A stretch of DNA of 64,000 bases. Origin: Trypanosoma brucei. Its lineage: Eukaryota. Each line of letters begins with the position of its first letter. Within the stretch, counting starts at the first letter, position 1. Shown in pieces: positions 54,039 to 64,000 of the stretch. The stretch is from the NCBI GenBank assembly GCA_000002445.1, contig CP000067.1:832001-896000 (forward strand), given 5' to 3'. The notes under the pieces were generated by a model. It did no database searches. It saw only the letters and a list, made by a program, of their open reading frames with translations, and was not told the origin of the DNA. The position numbers and the translations under genes are program-made.

Positions 54039-54657
54039 ATTCTGCCCCCGCTCTTAATACACACCCAAGCGTACGTGTGGAAATACACGGTGCACGTGAG
54101 GATAAGCAAGACTGTTGGGGCAGGTAAATAAAAAAAAAACTCCCCTCAATTCCTCGTTGGCCACCGTGTCGTGCTTGCGCTGTAGCGTCGGGTCTTCAGT
54201 CTCGTTTCTCCCCCTTTCTCCCCTGTGCTTTCGTTTGTTTGAAAAGTAAAATAAAACGAGACAAGAAAAGGGGCGACGGTACAACGGACACCAAATGGGA
54301 AAAGAAGAACAGACGAACGACAAGAACACAGCGTGAAGACGAGGCACGGTTACGTTTGCGCAACACTTAAACCCCAGCACAGCAAAAAAAGAAAAGAAAG
54401 AAAGTGCCAATTATTTTCTTTCTTACATTACTCCCTGCTATCCAGAAAAAACGCTGACTGCGTACAGAATAGGAAAATAAGAAAGGGAGACGGTGTGCTG
54501 GGGAGCGTAGGAAGAGCAACGCTCCTCGATTAATTAAACGCAAAAGAGGGGGGTGAAAAGCGAAAAAGCAAGGATGAAAAAAAAAATGCTCGATTAAACA
54601 TTTTCACGCATTTGTAAATAGTAGCGGTCATCCTTACACCCTTGCTCAGCACGCCAG

Positions 54658-56475
54658 CTATCGGCGAGGGCGCTTCGACAACCGATGAGGTGCCCCCTCG
54701 TAATCACTGTAGCGAGAAGAACGCGGCACTCCATGATGCGTATGTGAAGGCGGGTGATGATGAGGATGATGACTGGGCGAATGATGACGCGGGGTCGGAG
54801 AATACGACGAATGATTACTGGAGTAATATTGGTGGTTAGAAGGAGAGGAGTGGGACTGAGAATAGGGATTCCGTGACTCATGCCTGGATGTAGGCGCACT
54901 GCGTCCCACAGTAGTCCCTTCTGTTAAGCGTGGGTTCGAGGTTACGGTGGGGCGCGGCTGCTCAACCACCTCAATCTTCCACGACGGAGCGAGGGTGCGA
55001 GCCGCACTGGCTATGTCACTCGCCACAGCTTTCCAGTGTTCCTCATCGGACTTGTCTTCTGGTTTACTGCGATTTTGGGCTCTACACACGCGGCACATCG
55101 CGGACACTGCCCGTAACACCCGCAATGCACTGAGCATAGTTTGTTGCTGCTCATCACTCATGTTCCAGAAATCATAATCTTTCTCCTTGCCCCCAGGCCC
55201 ACTATGATTGTCCCGTCGAGACTTCTTTTCGCAAAACGGTCCAAAGGATTCTATCTGGTTGTGGGAATCGCTCAGCACAGGTAACATCACGTTGGAAACA
55301 TCCACCAGCTCTTGTAGCAGCTCCCGCATCTCATCTGCACCCGCGCACACACAAGATAAGATGCGGAGGGTAAGGTTGAACACACACTCCACGAGGGGTA
55401 AATGGCAATCAAGTGCAGCGGCTTCATTCCTAATCGCCAGAAGCGGTGCGCAAAGCTTTCGCACCTCGCTAATGCTCACACATCCAGGAACGGCGGTTAC
55501 GATACCACTCAACTTCACGAGAGAGCGAAGGATGGAAACAACCAGTGTAGACTCTTCTTGGGTCATCTTTATGCAAGGCCATGGCCCCTTAGCGTCTTGC
55601 TGTTTATCGTCCTTATTTTCTGCACCGACGATGTCCAGCAGTCCCACGGTCGTGGATACAACAAATGAATTAGGAACATGCGTCCTGACGATCTCACGGT
55701 GTAGCATGCTGAAAGCATGAACAACTTGCAGGGCGCCTTGTAAAGTCCGAAGGCTGCTCATGCTACTCAGCGATCCACTCGAGAGGAGAGTACTACAGGC
55801 CTTCTCACACAACAATGAGCCAAATCCCGAGAAATTCTCCCGTAGCAGTCTCTCGATATCGCGCGCGCAATCGGCGTGCTGTGACGCGTTGCCAGAAAGG
55901 ACAAGCCACTCCTCAAAAGCACGCTTTAACAAATCTGAGGCGGAGGAGTTCGTCAAGATGGCTTTACACAGAGGCAAGGACTGTGGCAACTGCGATGCGC
56001 AGAACTGCACAATTTTACTATAGCATTCTTTGGGAAGTACGAGTAACGCCTTCAGTGCAGCACGCCAGTCCTCCTGATGCTTGCTGTCACCCGCTGACTC
56101 TCCTTGTTTTCTAACTGTTGCCAATAGCCATTGTAGCAACACGTCACAGACCGATTCTCCATGTGCCTTAACATCCGAATCTCCCTCCAACAGTCCCGGG
56201 AGCAACTCCAACAGGAGGGTGCGGTGAGCACACGAGAGGGCGGCATCGGCAAGCGCATCGTGGAGGAGTTGCAATATATCGTTCCACTCGCTTGGCCACA
56301 CCACCGCAGCTCTCACAAGAGCCTTCAGGGCCTCCTGCGTGTTGCTACCTAACTGCGGAATATCAACTAGCGCAGACTTTAGACGCTGAACTGCCTGTAA
56401 AAGTGATTCGTCTGCAGAGGTTTCCCCCGTTGATTGATATCCATTCACAAGATCAATAATCTCCCGAATATCCAT
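54658..56475 (-). CDS. Hypothetical helical-repeat protein with His/Ser/Pro/Tyr-rich C-terminal tail
   Basis: 605-aa ORF. Leucine-rich helical body. Tail reads ...SYSPTPRHHSPSHHPHHHPPSHTHH...KRPRR. Confidence 0.6.
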   Translation of the reverse strand: MDIREIIDLVNGYQSTGETSADESLLQAVQRLKSALVDIPQLGSNTQEALKALVRAAVVWPSEWNDILQLLHDALADAALSCAHRTLLLELLPGLLEGDSDVKAHGESVCDVLLQWLLATVRKQGESAGDSKHQEDWRAALKALLVLPKECYSKIVQFCASQLPQSLPLCKAILTNSSASDLLKRAFEEWLVLSGNASQHADCARDIERLLRENFSGFGSLLCEKACSTLLSSGSLSSMSSLRTLQGALQVVHAFSMLHREIVRTHVPNSFVVSTTVGLLDIVGAENKDDKQQDAKGPWPCIKMTQEESTLVVSILRSLVKLSGIVTAVPGCVSISEVRKLCAPLLAIRNEAAALDCHLPLVECVFNLTLRILSCVCAGADEMRELLQELVDVSNVMLPVLSDSHNQIESFGPFCEKKSRRDNHSGPGGKEKDYDFWNMSDEQQQTMLSALRVLRAVSAMCRVCRAQNRSKPEDKSDEEHWKAVASDIASAARTLAPSWKIEVVEQPRPTVTSNPRLTEGTTVGRSAPTSRHESRNPYSQSHSSPSNHQYYSSNHSSYSPTPRHHSPSHHPHHHPPSHTHHGVPRSSRYSDYEGAPHRLSKRPRR

Positions 56476-57457
56476 CTACGATCACCTCTTTTCATCCAAA
56501 GCAAATAATAATAATAATAATAATAAGGTATGAACAACAGAATTAAAGGAACCGATAGAGATTCGAGCGAGAAGGAAGGGTTTAAAAAAAAAACATGTAC
56601 TGCCAAAACAGGCGCATGCGCGCGGCAACGAGTAAGTGCGAAAACACAGCTACAGAGTTGGCGGAGTGGGAGGCACGAAGAAATAAAACGGTGATCCACC
56701 TATCGGAAGTAAAACTAAAGGAAAAAATACACAGCCTTACAACATACTAGGTGCCCTTCCATCATGAGCGTTTCACACAACCTACTCATTACTGTTTGCT
56801 TTATTAGTATTAATGCGTCCCAGATGACCGCTGCAATGGTTCCGCCCCCTCAAAAAAAAAAAAAAAATCGTGCGGGCAACACAACACCACCAACACACAT
56901 ACACACTCACAGTCACCTGGTTTTTTTTCGCGGAAACGTGAAGGCGAAAAGTCACGCACTGTTTTCACCGACGACCCGCAAGTAATTTCAGCTGACAAAC
57001 ACCTGTGACGGGTTTTCCTCCGTCAGCGTCATATATTTATATTCGCGGGGCCCTCCACACCGTCGACAGCAAATCGAAAGAGGAAAGGCTCCCGCACCAG
57101 GCGACAAAACTGAGTGGTCGTGCGTGACCGAAATATAAAGGGAAATAGCAGATGTGAAAGCAACAGGTGTCAGTCCATTCTGGCGCTTGCGCTGTTCCAC
57201 ATCCGCAACTGTGCACAGGACAGGAAAGGAAACAAGACAGGAGGGTGATGAAAATAGAGGAAGGGCATGACCTGAACATCAGACTCTAACATACCACCAG
57301 CACGGTGAGCGTGTGTGCGGCTATGAGCGCGAAGTGGCATGTTGATGTACTGCATCATTTCAAGTGCCCAATTCACACCACCACCTCCTCCTCCTCATCC
57401 CTCGAACCCCTCCTTGAAAGCCCCCTCTCCCAAACTCCCGTGCAAAGTTTACCTGGG

Positions 57458-59791
57458 TCAGCTAATGCATATGATAGAACGATCCTTCACAGTCCAAAGA
57501 TCAGGACGTTGTTGCATCACCTGAAGAGCCCCGCCCGCCACATCGTACACCACAATGTCTAGCGAAGCAGCTTCGAAGGCTCTCCTCATGAGCGAGGCTG
57601 CAATGAGCGATCGATAACCTGTGGCGCAATAAACAACGATCTTGCGAATCCCCCGACATCCTGGCCGGCACTTGAGACCGGATGCAAGCGCGGCTTCGTA
57701 CATTCTATCAAGTATAATGCGTCCAAGCTCAGGGGAAGGCCAGCCGCCACAATGCACGTCTGCCTCTGGTGTCAGTTGCTGCGCTACTAAATCCAGGGCA
57801 GTTATGTGGCACAGGTCTCCCAAGGAAAGAAACACGCTACGCGTGTGCGAACCATTCCTGAACTCGTAAGGAGTCCGGCAGTCCAAGACAAGCGTGTCCT
57901 CTGCTGGTTCGATGAACTGCAATTTCTGATAGCAGTCAAGCCGCGACTGCGCAGAAGCGGTTGAATCGAATACCCATGTGAGGTGTCGCGGTAGATGCCG
58001 TGAGTCAACGGTCGCCGGAAGACTTGTTGTTACGTCCACACGGTTAAATACCTCCTTTTCCTGCCCGTCCACCGCGTGGACGCCACAAGGAGGGCACAGC
58101 TCCTGCAAAGTGAAGGTTTCAACGGAGGCACCTGGTGAAATCAGCTCCAGACGTTGACGCGCCAAGTGGCACTGCCTCTCGTTTGCACAGACAACAACTA
58201 CTGGCTGGAGGGGCTTCAACATGCACTGCAACCACAGCTCCGCCTTCTTCACACCGTAAGCTGCAGCAGGAAAGGTCATGGGAACGTTTACAGACCCCTT
58301 TAAATGCATTGTCACGTGATCCGCTGCACTGCGTATGTCCACAACAACAGGACCCGGGCAAGGGGAGGTAAGGGCGCAAGCCGGTGGCGGTAACAGACGG
58401 CGCCTTAGGAGTCCCTCCCCGCTTCCACCAAATGCAGATGGAACAGAAAGTAAATTCCATTCTCGAACATGCGAGACCAACAACGGCTTTGGTAACCGCG
58501 GGCGATCAAGCATGTGCTGGGCATATTTCTCAGGGTCTAAGATTTTGTCCATTACCGTGCGAGAGTGTTTCATCCTCTTCATATCCCCGATATGTACGGC
58601 CCAGTAAAGATCCAACTGGTGCGTAACATTACTGTAACCTCCGTGCGAAGGGAAGACAACAACGTGATCCCATGGCTGCACATGACCCGCGGCAGGATCA
58701 GGAAAGAAATACGCATCCCAAACTCGCTCCCTGAGAAAGCGCCGTGCCACCTCAGGGGCCGGCATTGCGCTTGTGTGTTGGAGATCCCCTTGAGGCTCGA
58801 GGGGAAGTGGAAAATCACCGAAGAATTCGTAACGAGGCACAGCATCTGTCCCCATCACAGTGCCCGTGAAGAGGGCGAGCAACTGTGCATCCAGGTGAAG
58901 TTCAACGACAAGACACTCCGGTGAAAAAGAAGGAACCGATATGCACCGCAAGTGTAGGCGTGAACTTAAATGGAGTGACAACCCGTCAGAGCAACCGTAC
59001 CCCGTCGACACAAAAGGCGTACCGCTCAGTAACTTTGCGGTTGGGTGATGCTCAAGTAGAGCCGCGTGCCCCATAGCAATATCGACGAAGCAGTGAGTGA
59101 GTACAATTCCGACCAACTGAACCTGCAGAAAGGCCAGATCCTCCTCGTAGCATGAAACATCCACCTGGGGGTCAATAATGGCAGCCGCTCGCTTGGAAAG
59201 ATCCGCCACAAGGAAGGATGCTGTACGTGTGGCTTCGTGCACATAGTGACGAAGCACGAATGGTACATCGTCAGGTGAAATATTCGGTTGGCAGTTGTGC
59301 AGTAACGCCAGTGGAAGAAAGTGATAGGACATAAACCTCTCAAGTTTTTCTACAGCGTCAGGGACCTCCTTGTCGTGTAGGCGGTGCACGACAATTATTC
59401 GTTTCTCAGCGACAACCGCACAACGCGGAGCGGTTATGAGCGGCTCACCTCGTCCTCGCTTGACCCCGCCATTTCTGCCGCGCAACGCACCGTCGCCCCC
59501 CACAACTGCTGTTGCTCCTGCCATCTCAGTCACTCCTTCCTTCAACCTTCCGTCATCAGCGACGGCCGCCGACTCCACGCACGAGTCATCATCGCCAAAC
59601 AGCTGGCTTTCCTCCATAACTGGGGCAATAAGCGTGGTAACCAGTCGCAATATTGGGGCGTAGCGATTGCGGTACTGCCGGAGGCGCCGCGTCACATCAG
59701 CGCAACGATTGTCGACAAGTGCTCCCGCCACCTCTAACAGTACCGGCTTAAACCGGGAGCCGTTCGCCCTCCCCGCTTCAGAAACCATCAC
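57458..59791 (-). CDS. Rhodanese-domain fusion protein (sulfurtransferase-like)
   Basis: 777 aa. C-terminal rhodanese active-site loop VVYCATGYRS. An additional central rhodanese-like segment, and an N-terminal region with His-rich possible metallo-hydrolase-like motifs. Confidence 0.6.
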   Translation of the reverse strand: MMVSEAGRANGSRFKPVLLEVAGALVDNRCADVTRRLRQYRNRYAPILRLVTTLIAPVMEESQLFGDDDSCVESAAVADDGRLKEGVTEMAGATAVVGGDGALRGRNGGVKRGRGEPLITAPRCAVVAEKRIIVVHRLHDKEVPDAVEKLERFMSYHFLPLALLHNCQPNISPDDVPFVLRHYVHEATRTASFLVADLSKRAAAIIDPQVDVSCYEEDLAFLQVQLVGIVLTHCFVDIAMGHAALLEHHPTAKLLSGTPFVSTGYGCSDGLSLHLSSRLHLRCISVPSFSPECLVVELHLDAQLLALFTGTVMGTDAVPRYEFFGDFPLPLEPQGDLQHTSAMPAPEVARRFLRERVWDAYFFPDPAAGHVQPWDHVVVFPSHGGYSNVTHQLDLYWAVHIGDMKRMKHSRTVMDKILDPEKYAQHMLDRPRLPKPLLVSHVREWNLLSVPSAFGGSGEGLLRRRLLPPPACALTSPCPGPVVVDIRSAADHVTMHLKGSVNVPMTFPAAAYGVKKAELWLQCMLKPLQPVVVVCANERQCHLARQRLELISPGASVETFTLQELCPPCGVHAVDGQEKEVFNRVDVTTSLPATVDSRHLPRHLTWVFDSTASAQSRLDCYQKLQFIEPAEDTLVLDCRTPYEFRNGSHTRSVFLSLGDLCHITALDLVAQQLTPEADVHCGGWPSPELGRIILDRMYEAALASGLKCRPGCRGIRKIVVYCATGYRSLIAASLMRRAFEAASLDIVVYDVAGGALQVMQQRPDLWTVKDRSIICIS

Positions 59792-60240
59792 AACGCTTAT
59801 TACACTTCCTTTCCCGTACCTTCACCAATGGTGTAAATCAGTATAAACAGGTCAACCGAGTTGCGTTTGGAAGAGATAAGGGGGGTATCAGGCCCAAAGT
59901 TCTCTTTTAGTGGGTTTTCCAAAATGCATCAGACACCAACACATTTCAAAATAAAAAAACGTCAGAGGGAGAAATTTTATGTGCTTGGAATAAAATAGGG
60001 ACCTATTAGGTCTAACTCTAACCACATGCAGGGCATCAACTCAGGAGAGAGTTAAAAACAATAAACAGGCAGTAGTGAGCGGCAGCTGGTACCCTCCTAC
60101 AAAATCATATCTTCTGTCAACGGGGAAAAGTTAAAAAAAACGGCCCAAATGCAATATCCAACACACCTTTTACCCCTCAAGAGAGCGCGGGCCACTTGAC
60201 TTGTATGGGAAATTTTCTTCCGTGTGAGTTTATGTTTATG

Positions 60241-60289
60241 CACACACACACACACACACATCTATATATATATATATATATATATACTT
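60241..60289. repeat. Compound (CA)n(TA)n microsatellite
   Basis: cacacacacacacacacacatctatatatatatatatatatatatatac. Confidence 0.9.
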
Positions 60290-60336
60290 TCACCTTTCTT
60301 CATTCCCAACTTTTCATTACGTTGCTCTAATCATCC

Positions 60337-62148
60337 CTAAAATTTTGCACTATCTCCCCTATCCCCCTGAGAGTTCTGATCTGTAGCAGGGTCCTTAGGC
60401 GTACACATGCCATCTACTTCGGCAAACACTCGGCGCCCAGCAGCCACACCAGTTGACTGACTGGATGCAATGCTTCCGCGCCGAAGCAACCGACGCGCCT
60501 TGTCTAATATCCGAGCAGCAACCTCTAGGGCGGCGTGAGTGTAACGGACGTCCAGTAGCAAATTAGTCTCATCCTCCCCTACTTGCGAATCCAGTGGTGG
60601 AGTATCCCCTACAACCCACTGCGACATAACTTGGGGGACATGTGGGGGAAGTTGAAAGAAGCAAAGCGCATCACGTGCCGTCGGCCTGGACGTCGGTTCC
60701 GCGTGCATCAGCTCAGCAACGAAGGCGGTAAGACGCTTCGAGTAGCCACGACGCTCAAGGAGATGCAGCGGAGGGTGCTGGCGCAGTTCGAGAAAGCCCG
60801 CGCCATGGTGGGGCAGGGGTTCACCTGACATAAGCTCAAAAAGTGAAATGCCGAAGGAAAACATGTCCCCTTCCTTGAGGTAACGTTTTTGGTTGAGCAT
60901 ATCCATGCACAGGTACCTACAATCACCCTCTTCCACACTAACCACACTAAGTTGGGTTGGGAAGCTCAGCGGCCCCGCGTCGGCCATGCTGTTGTTGTTC
61001 ACACCGGCCGTTGAGGAAGGAGCACTGAACAAGTTCCCGGTTTTCGCACCCGCAGCTGCAAAAGTTTTTCGGGGAAAACCATCATCATCCACAAAGACGC
61101 TGCACCCGAAATCACTAAGTTTATAATCCCCTGCCTCGTCTATCAGTACATTATCCGGCTTAAAATCCACATGCACAATGTTGGCGCTATGCAGAGCATC
61201 CAATGCTAGGGCCATGTGTCCGAAAAACACAAACAACTCACGTTCATCCCACACCTCACCGCGCTGCCGTCGTTGCTCCGCCCGCTCCGCCACGGATCCT
61301 CCCGAGCAATATTCTAACTGCAAGAACACCTGCGGCGCGTGACCCTCCTCCCACGAATCTAACAGTTGCACAACGTGCGGAAACCCTTTCGTGATGCTCA
61401 TCACAGCCCTCTCCCGCGCGAAACGTTGCCGTTGCTCCCGGCTCGCATTTGGTGGCGACGTCTTCACCGCAACAAGTGCACCCGTACCGGTTTCTTCATA
61501 AAGCGTTACCCTGCCGAAGGAACCAAAACCAAGCTCCTTCACCTCCTTGTAGTCAGTCAGAATGCGACGGTTGAAGATATTGGAAAATTCCGACTCCGCC
61601 TGAGAGTACTCCGGTTGATCTGGAGAATAGGGCATAAAAGGAAAACTGCTACCGACACGTGCCATCCAGTCACGCTGCGGGGAGTTCGGAGCTGAGTTCA
61701 TCAACGACATACCGCCGGTAGCTAAAGGCCCAAGGTGGGGGCGCAAGCAAGACCGCGTGGCCTCAGATGTACTACACTCAGGTGGTGGAAAAGGAACGGT
61801 ATCACTGGGATCGTCTAACCGCAGTGCGCTGAACTGTGAAAGCTCGCTGGATGGACGTTTTCTCGACGCCAAGTTACAGCGCCGGTCAGGTGCAGCACCA
61901 CGTTTGTGGGAGGCACCGCCACTAAGATACGTAATCGTCTGACCACCGCGTTCTTCATGTCTCGTACGGCGTTGTTTTGCAGGTGTTTCTGGTGCCCTCG
62001 GAAGCGCCCACGAGTTGAGGCGCTGCTGTGGGGGAACGGGTGTACACTGGCCATCCCGGGCAGTGCTGAAGTTAGTGTTGCTGTTACTTCCTTCTGCGGC
62101 CGTAAAGGGAACGACGGAGCCATCATTCCCCCCTTTAGGCGCCAACAT
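60337..62148 (-). CDS. WEE1: Wee1-like protein kinase
   Basis: 603 aa. GFGSFGRV glycine loop, VAVK, HVDFKPDNVL catalytic loop (an HxD variant, as in Wee1), DFG, and a long activation-segment insert. Confidence 0.85.
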   Translation of the reverse strand: MLAPKGGNDGSVVPFTAAEGSNSNTNFSTARDGQCTPVPPQQRLNSWALPRAPETPAKQRRTRHEERGGQTITYLSGGASHKRGAAPDRRCNLASRKRPSSELSQFSALRLDDPSDTVPFPPPECSTSEATRSCLRPHLGPLATGGMSLMNSAPNSPQRDWMARVGSSFPFMPYSPDQPEYSQAESEFSNIFNRRILTDYKEVKELGFGSFGRVTLYEETGTGALVAVKTSPPNASREQRQRFARERAVMSITKGFPHVVQLLDSWEEGHAPQVFLQLEYCSGGSVAERAEQRRQRGEVWDERELFVFFGHMALALDALHSANIVHVDFKPDNVLIDEAGDYKLSDFGCSVFVDDDGFPRKTFAAAGAKTGNLFSAPSSTAGVNNNSMADAGPLSFPTQLSVVSVEEGDCRYLCMDMLNQKRYLKEGDMFSFGISLFELMSGEPLPHHGAGFLELRQHPPLHLLERRGYSKRLTAFVAELMHAEPTSRPTARDALCFFQLPPHVPQVMSQWVVGDTPPLDSQVGEDETNLLLDVRYTHAALEVAARILDKARRLLRRGSIASSQSTGVAAGRRVFAEVDGMCTPKDPATDQNSQGDRGDSAKF

Positions 62149-62903
62149 TTGAGGTCGGCGGACAGAGTCGGATCCTCACAGCACCTCCTTTCAATAGCCA
62201 AATCTTCTCTCCCCTTGCAGATGTATGTATGTTTATATATTCAATTTATGAATGTATGCTAATATTGGTACTTTTGGCTTCGTAGCCTCTCTATGTGACA
62301 CACACACGCACGAAAGAGGTGGTATTCCGTGTGCACAGGTGTGCTGCCTATACTCCTGCACGCGCCGAAAAGAGTGCAAAAAGAAAATAATTTTTAAAAA
62401 ATATTGGTACAGTGCTAAAGCCAAGATGTACTTATCTGCGCTCACGTACACATACACAGATATGTGAGCATGGACACACCTGTAATTACTACTTTGGTCC
62501 GTTGCAGAGCTGCTTTTCTCTCCCATAAACAACACCCGACATGGACAAACACATTCACTCCTCCTCAACGTTATCGTCTTAATTCGCTCGCTTTCACCCA
62601 GTCTCCGAAACAATCGAGCAGTGCGTCGCCTCGCTCCACACCACACATCCCCTTCCCCGTGCAGCCTGAAAGCAAATCCACTTTCTTGCTATTAAGCATG
62701 AATTACTTGGTTAGCACCTTGACGCCGAAGGGTAATCCCACTTCAACAAGCAAGGTGTAACGACCACACACTTACAGTTACGCCCGGCCTGCACGATCAG
62801 ATGCGTTGGCCTTTCGGTGCTGCGCAGCCTTCAGATACGACCCAAAGAGCCCGTTACAACACCCACCTCCCCAAGCGCTGCAAGTACGTAATCTTCCGAC
62901 TTT

Positions 62904-63233
62904 TTAACGACTAAGTTCCTTTCTCGCCTGCTGGGTCATCATTTCCACGCGTGCTTTCTCAAACATGTCCCTTTGGTATTGTTCATACAGTTGGCTGAAT
63001 TGAGCGAACCCGTTCTTACCATACGCGCTGTACAGTAGAGCAAACTCTTCCACGCATGCCCTCTCCCCGCTGTCCAAACCCAAACCATTTTTATCACCAG
63101 CTCCACCGTTAAGGGGAACGACACATTTCTGGAACGCGCGGCGAATGATGTCCTGGCGTGACACTTGATGGGCGCGGTATTGTTCACCTGAAATGGTGTC
63201 GTTTGCGAAAGCCATGGATTGGTCCTGACCCAT
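62904..63233 (-). CDS. Small conserved hypothetical protein (109 aa), possibly small-Tim-like
   Basis: Co-oriented ORF with coding-like composition. A two-helix pattern with spaced Cys (KCVVPL ... ERACVEEF). The assignment is weak. Confidence 0.4.
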   Translation of the reverse strand: MGQDQSMAFANDTISGEQYRAHQVSRQDIIRRAFQKCVVPLNGGAGDKNGLGLDSGERACVEEFALLYSAYGKNGFAQFSQLYEQYQRDMFEKARVEMMTQQARKELSR

Positions 63234-64000
63234 CTTGCGTTTGGTATGGCCGACAAAACGCCTGTATTCCTTTTCAGGCTACTTTTAGGTGGTTGATCGG
63301 TTGTTAAAGACATTGACGAAGTCATCAGTGGAATAACAATGGCGAAGGAAAGAGCAAGAAGCGTAAAATTAATGGTTCGTTTCCTCGTACCCATTCCCTT
63401 TCGTTCTCTCCACAAAACACACATGCACACATGCGCACGCGCACACCTCCACAACGAGTAAAGATTTTTTTTTTACAAAACATACAAGAGTTCACACTCT
63501 AACTGTGTTCGTACAAGTGGCTCACTTTGTATAACAAAGAACACATGATATCAAGAAGACAACAAAAGATCGTAACGAAGAAAAGGAGGGAGGGAAGGGC
63601 TCCCGCAACGTCAACAAATGTATACTACCAACAATCATAGCAGCGTCGCGGAAACCGTTTCCGGCATTACATCTTTGACAACTATCACATGTAACCGCAT
63701 CCCACAACTGAAGAGTGATATTTGCCGCACCACTTTGGCCCTCACCCAAACCACTGAACAGATGAGCAGAACACGCGCCTCTTGTATATATCCATATATA
63801 GATATACACATATGCGCAAGAGGGCTGTGGACTTCCCATCCCACCCCCGTTTCCAGCTACCCTTTGTCTTTTCGTCAGTCGCTAACGAACTCCAGTTCCA
63901 GCAGTACTTCATGCACACTGCAAGCACCTGTCGACCCGCGGGTACACACGGCAACGGATGCCCCAGCCGGTAGCAGCAAGTAGTCTGAGAAGGTCCACGT

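Noticed and set aside
62233-62646. 137-aa minus-strand ORF between Wee1 and the small downstream gene
   Set aside because: It is low-complexity with repetitive (YVYV, CVCV) translation of CA/TA-rich UTR sequence, and it overlaps microsatellite-like DNA.

Overview
This window looks like a kinetoplastid nuclear chromosome segment, most likely Trypanosoma brucei-group. I infer this from the gene content and order (class I myosin, Wee1-like kinase, FtsH, UPRT, UBC6-type E2), from dense single-exon genes in long same-strand runs, from polypyrimidine/AG signals upstream of starts, and from CA/GT microsatellites; I could not search a database. A plus-strand gene run (positions 1-9246: acyltransferase C-terminus, membrane lipase, FHA protein, UBC6-like E2) converges on a long minus-strand run (15180-63233). 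Seven tRNA genes sit in two clusters: Val/Leu/Met at 10.65-11.0 kb, and Glu/Met/Ser/Val at 28.6-29.2 kb. Both clusters show clean cloverleaf structures and downstream T-runs. The clusters are linked by a 721-bp inverted repeat of about 98% identity. The repeat carries tRNA-Val, and its breakpoint lies inside tRNA-Leu. Between the clusters lies a compositionally distinct, roughly 12.6-kb island of ten tandem minus-strand genes, and I do not recognise the family. It has four strictly alternating pairs of a 382-396 aa protein ('A': signal peptide, many NxS/T sites, Cys motif, hydrophobic GPI-type C-terminus) and a 308-314 aa protein ('B': signal peptide, no anchor signal). Upstream of these are two paralogous 410/443 aa GPI-type proteins ('C'). 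Within the A and B genes, blocks of 100% identity alternate with hypervariable central segments, which is the signature of segmental gene conversion. Spacers between genes are only about 120-290 bp. I read this as an insulated surface-protein locus flanked by tRNA genes and the inverted repeat. It may encode a heterodimeric (anchored plus soluble) receptor-like complex, loosely analogous to the ESAG6/7 arrangement, but that is hypothesis only. Downstream housekeeping genes include an FtsH-like AAA protease whose zinc motif is degenerate (HEAGK instead of HEXXH). The others are a SET/MYND protein, UPRT, an EF-hand protein, an N2227-like methyltransferase, a Fes1-like ARM protein, myosin with WW and FYVE-like tail, a rhodanese-fusion protein and a Wee1-like kinase.
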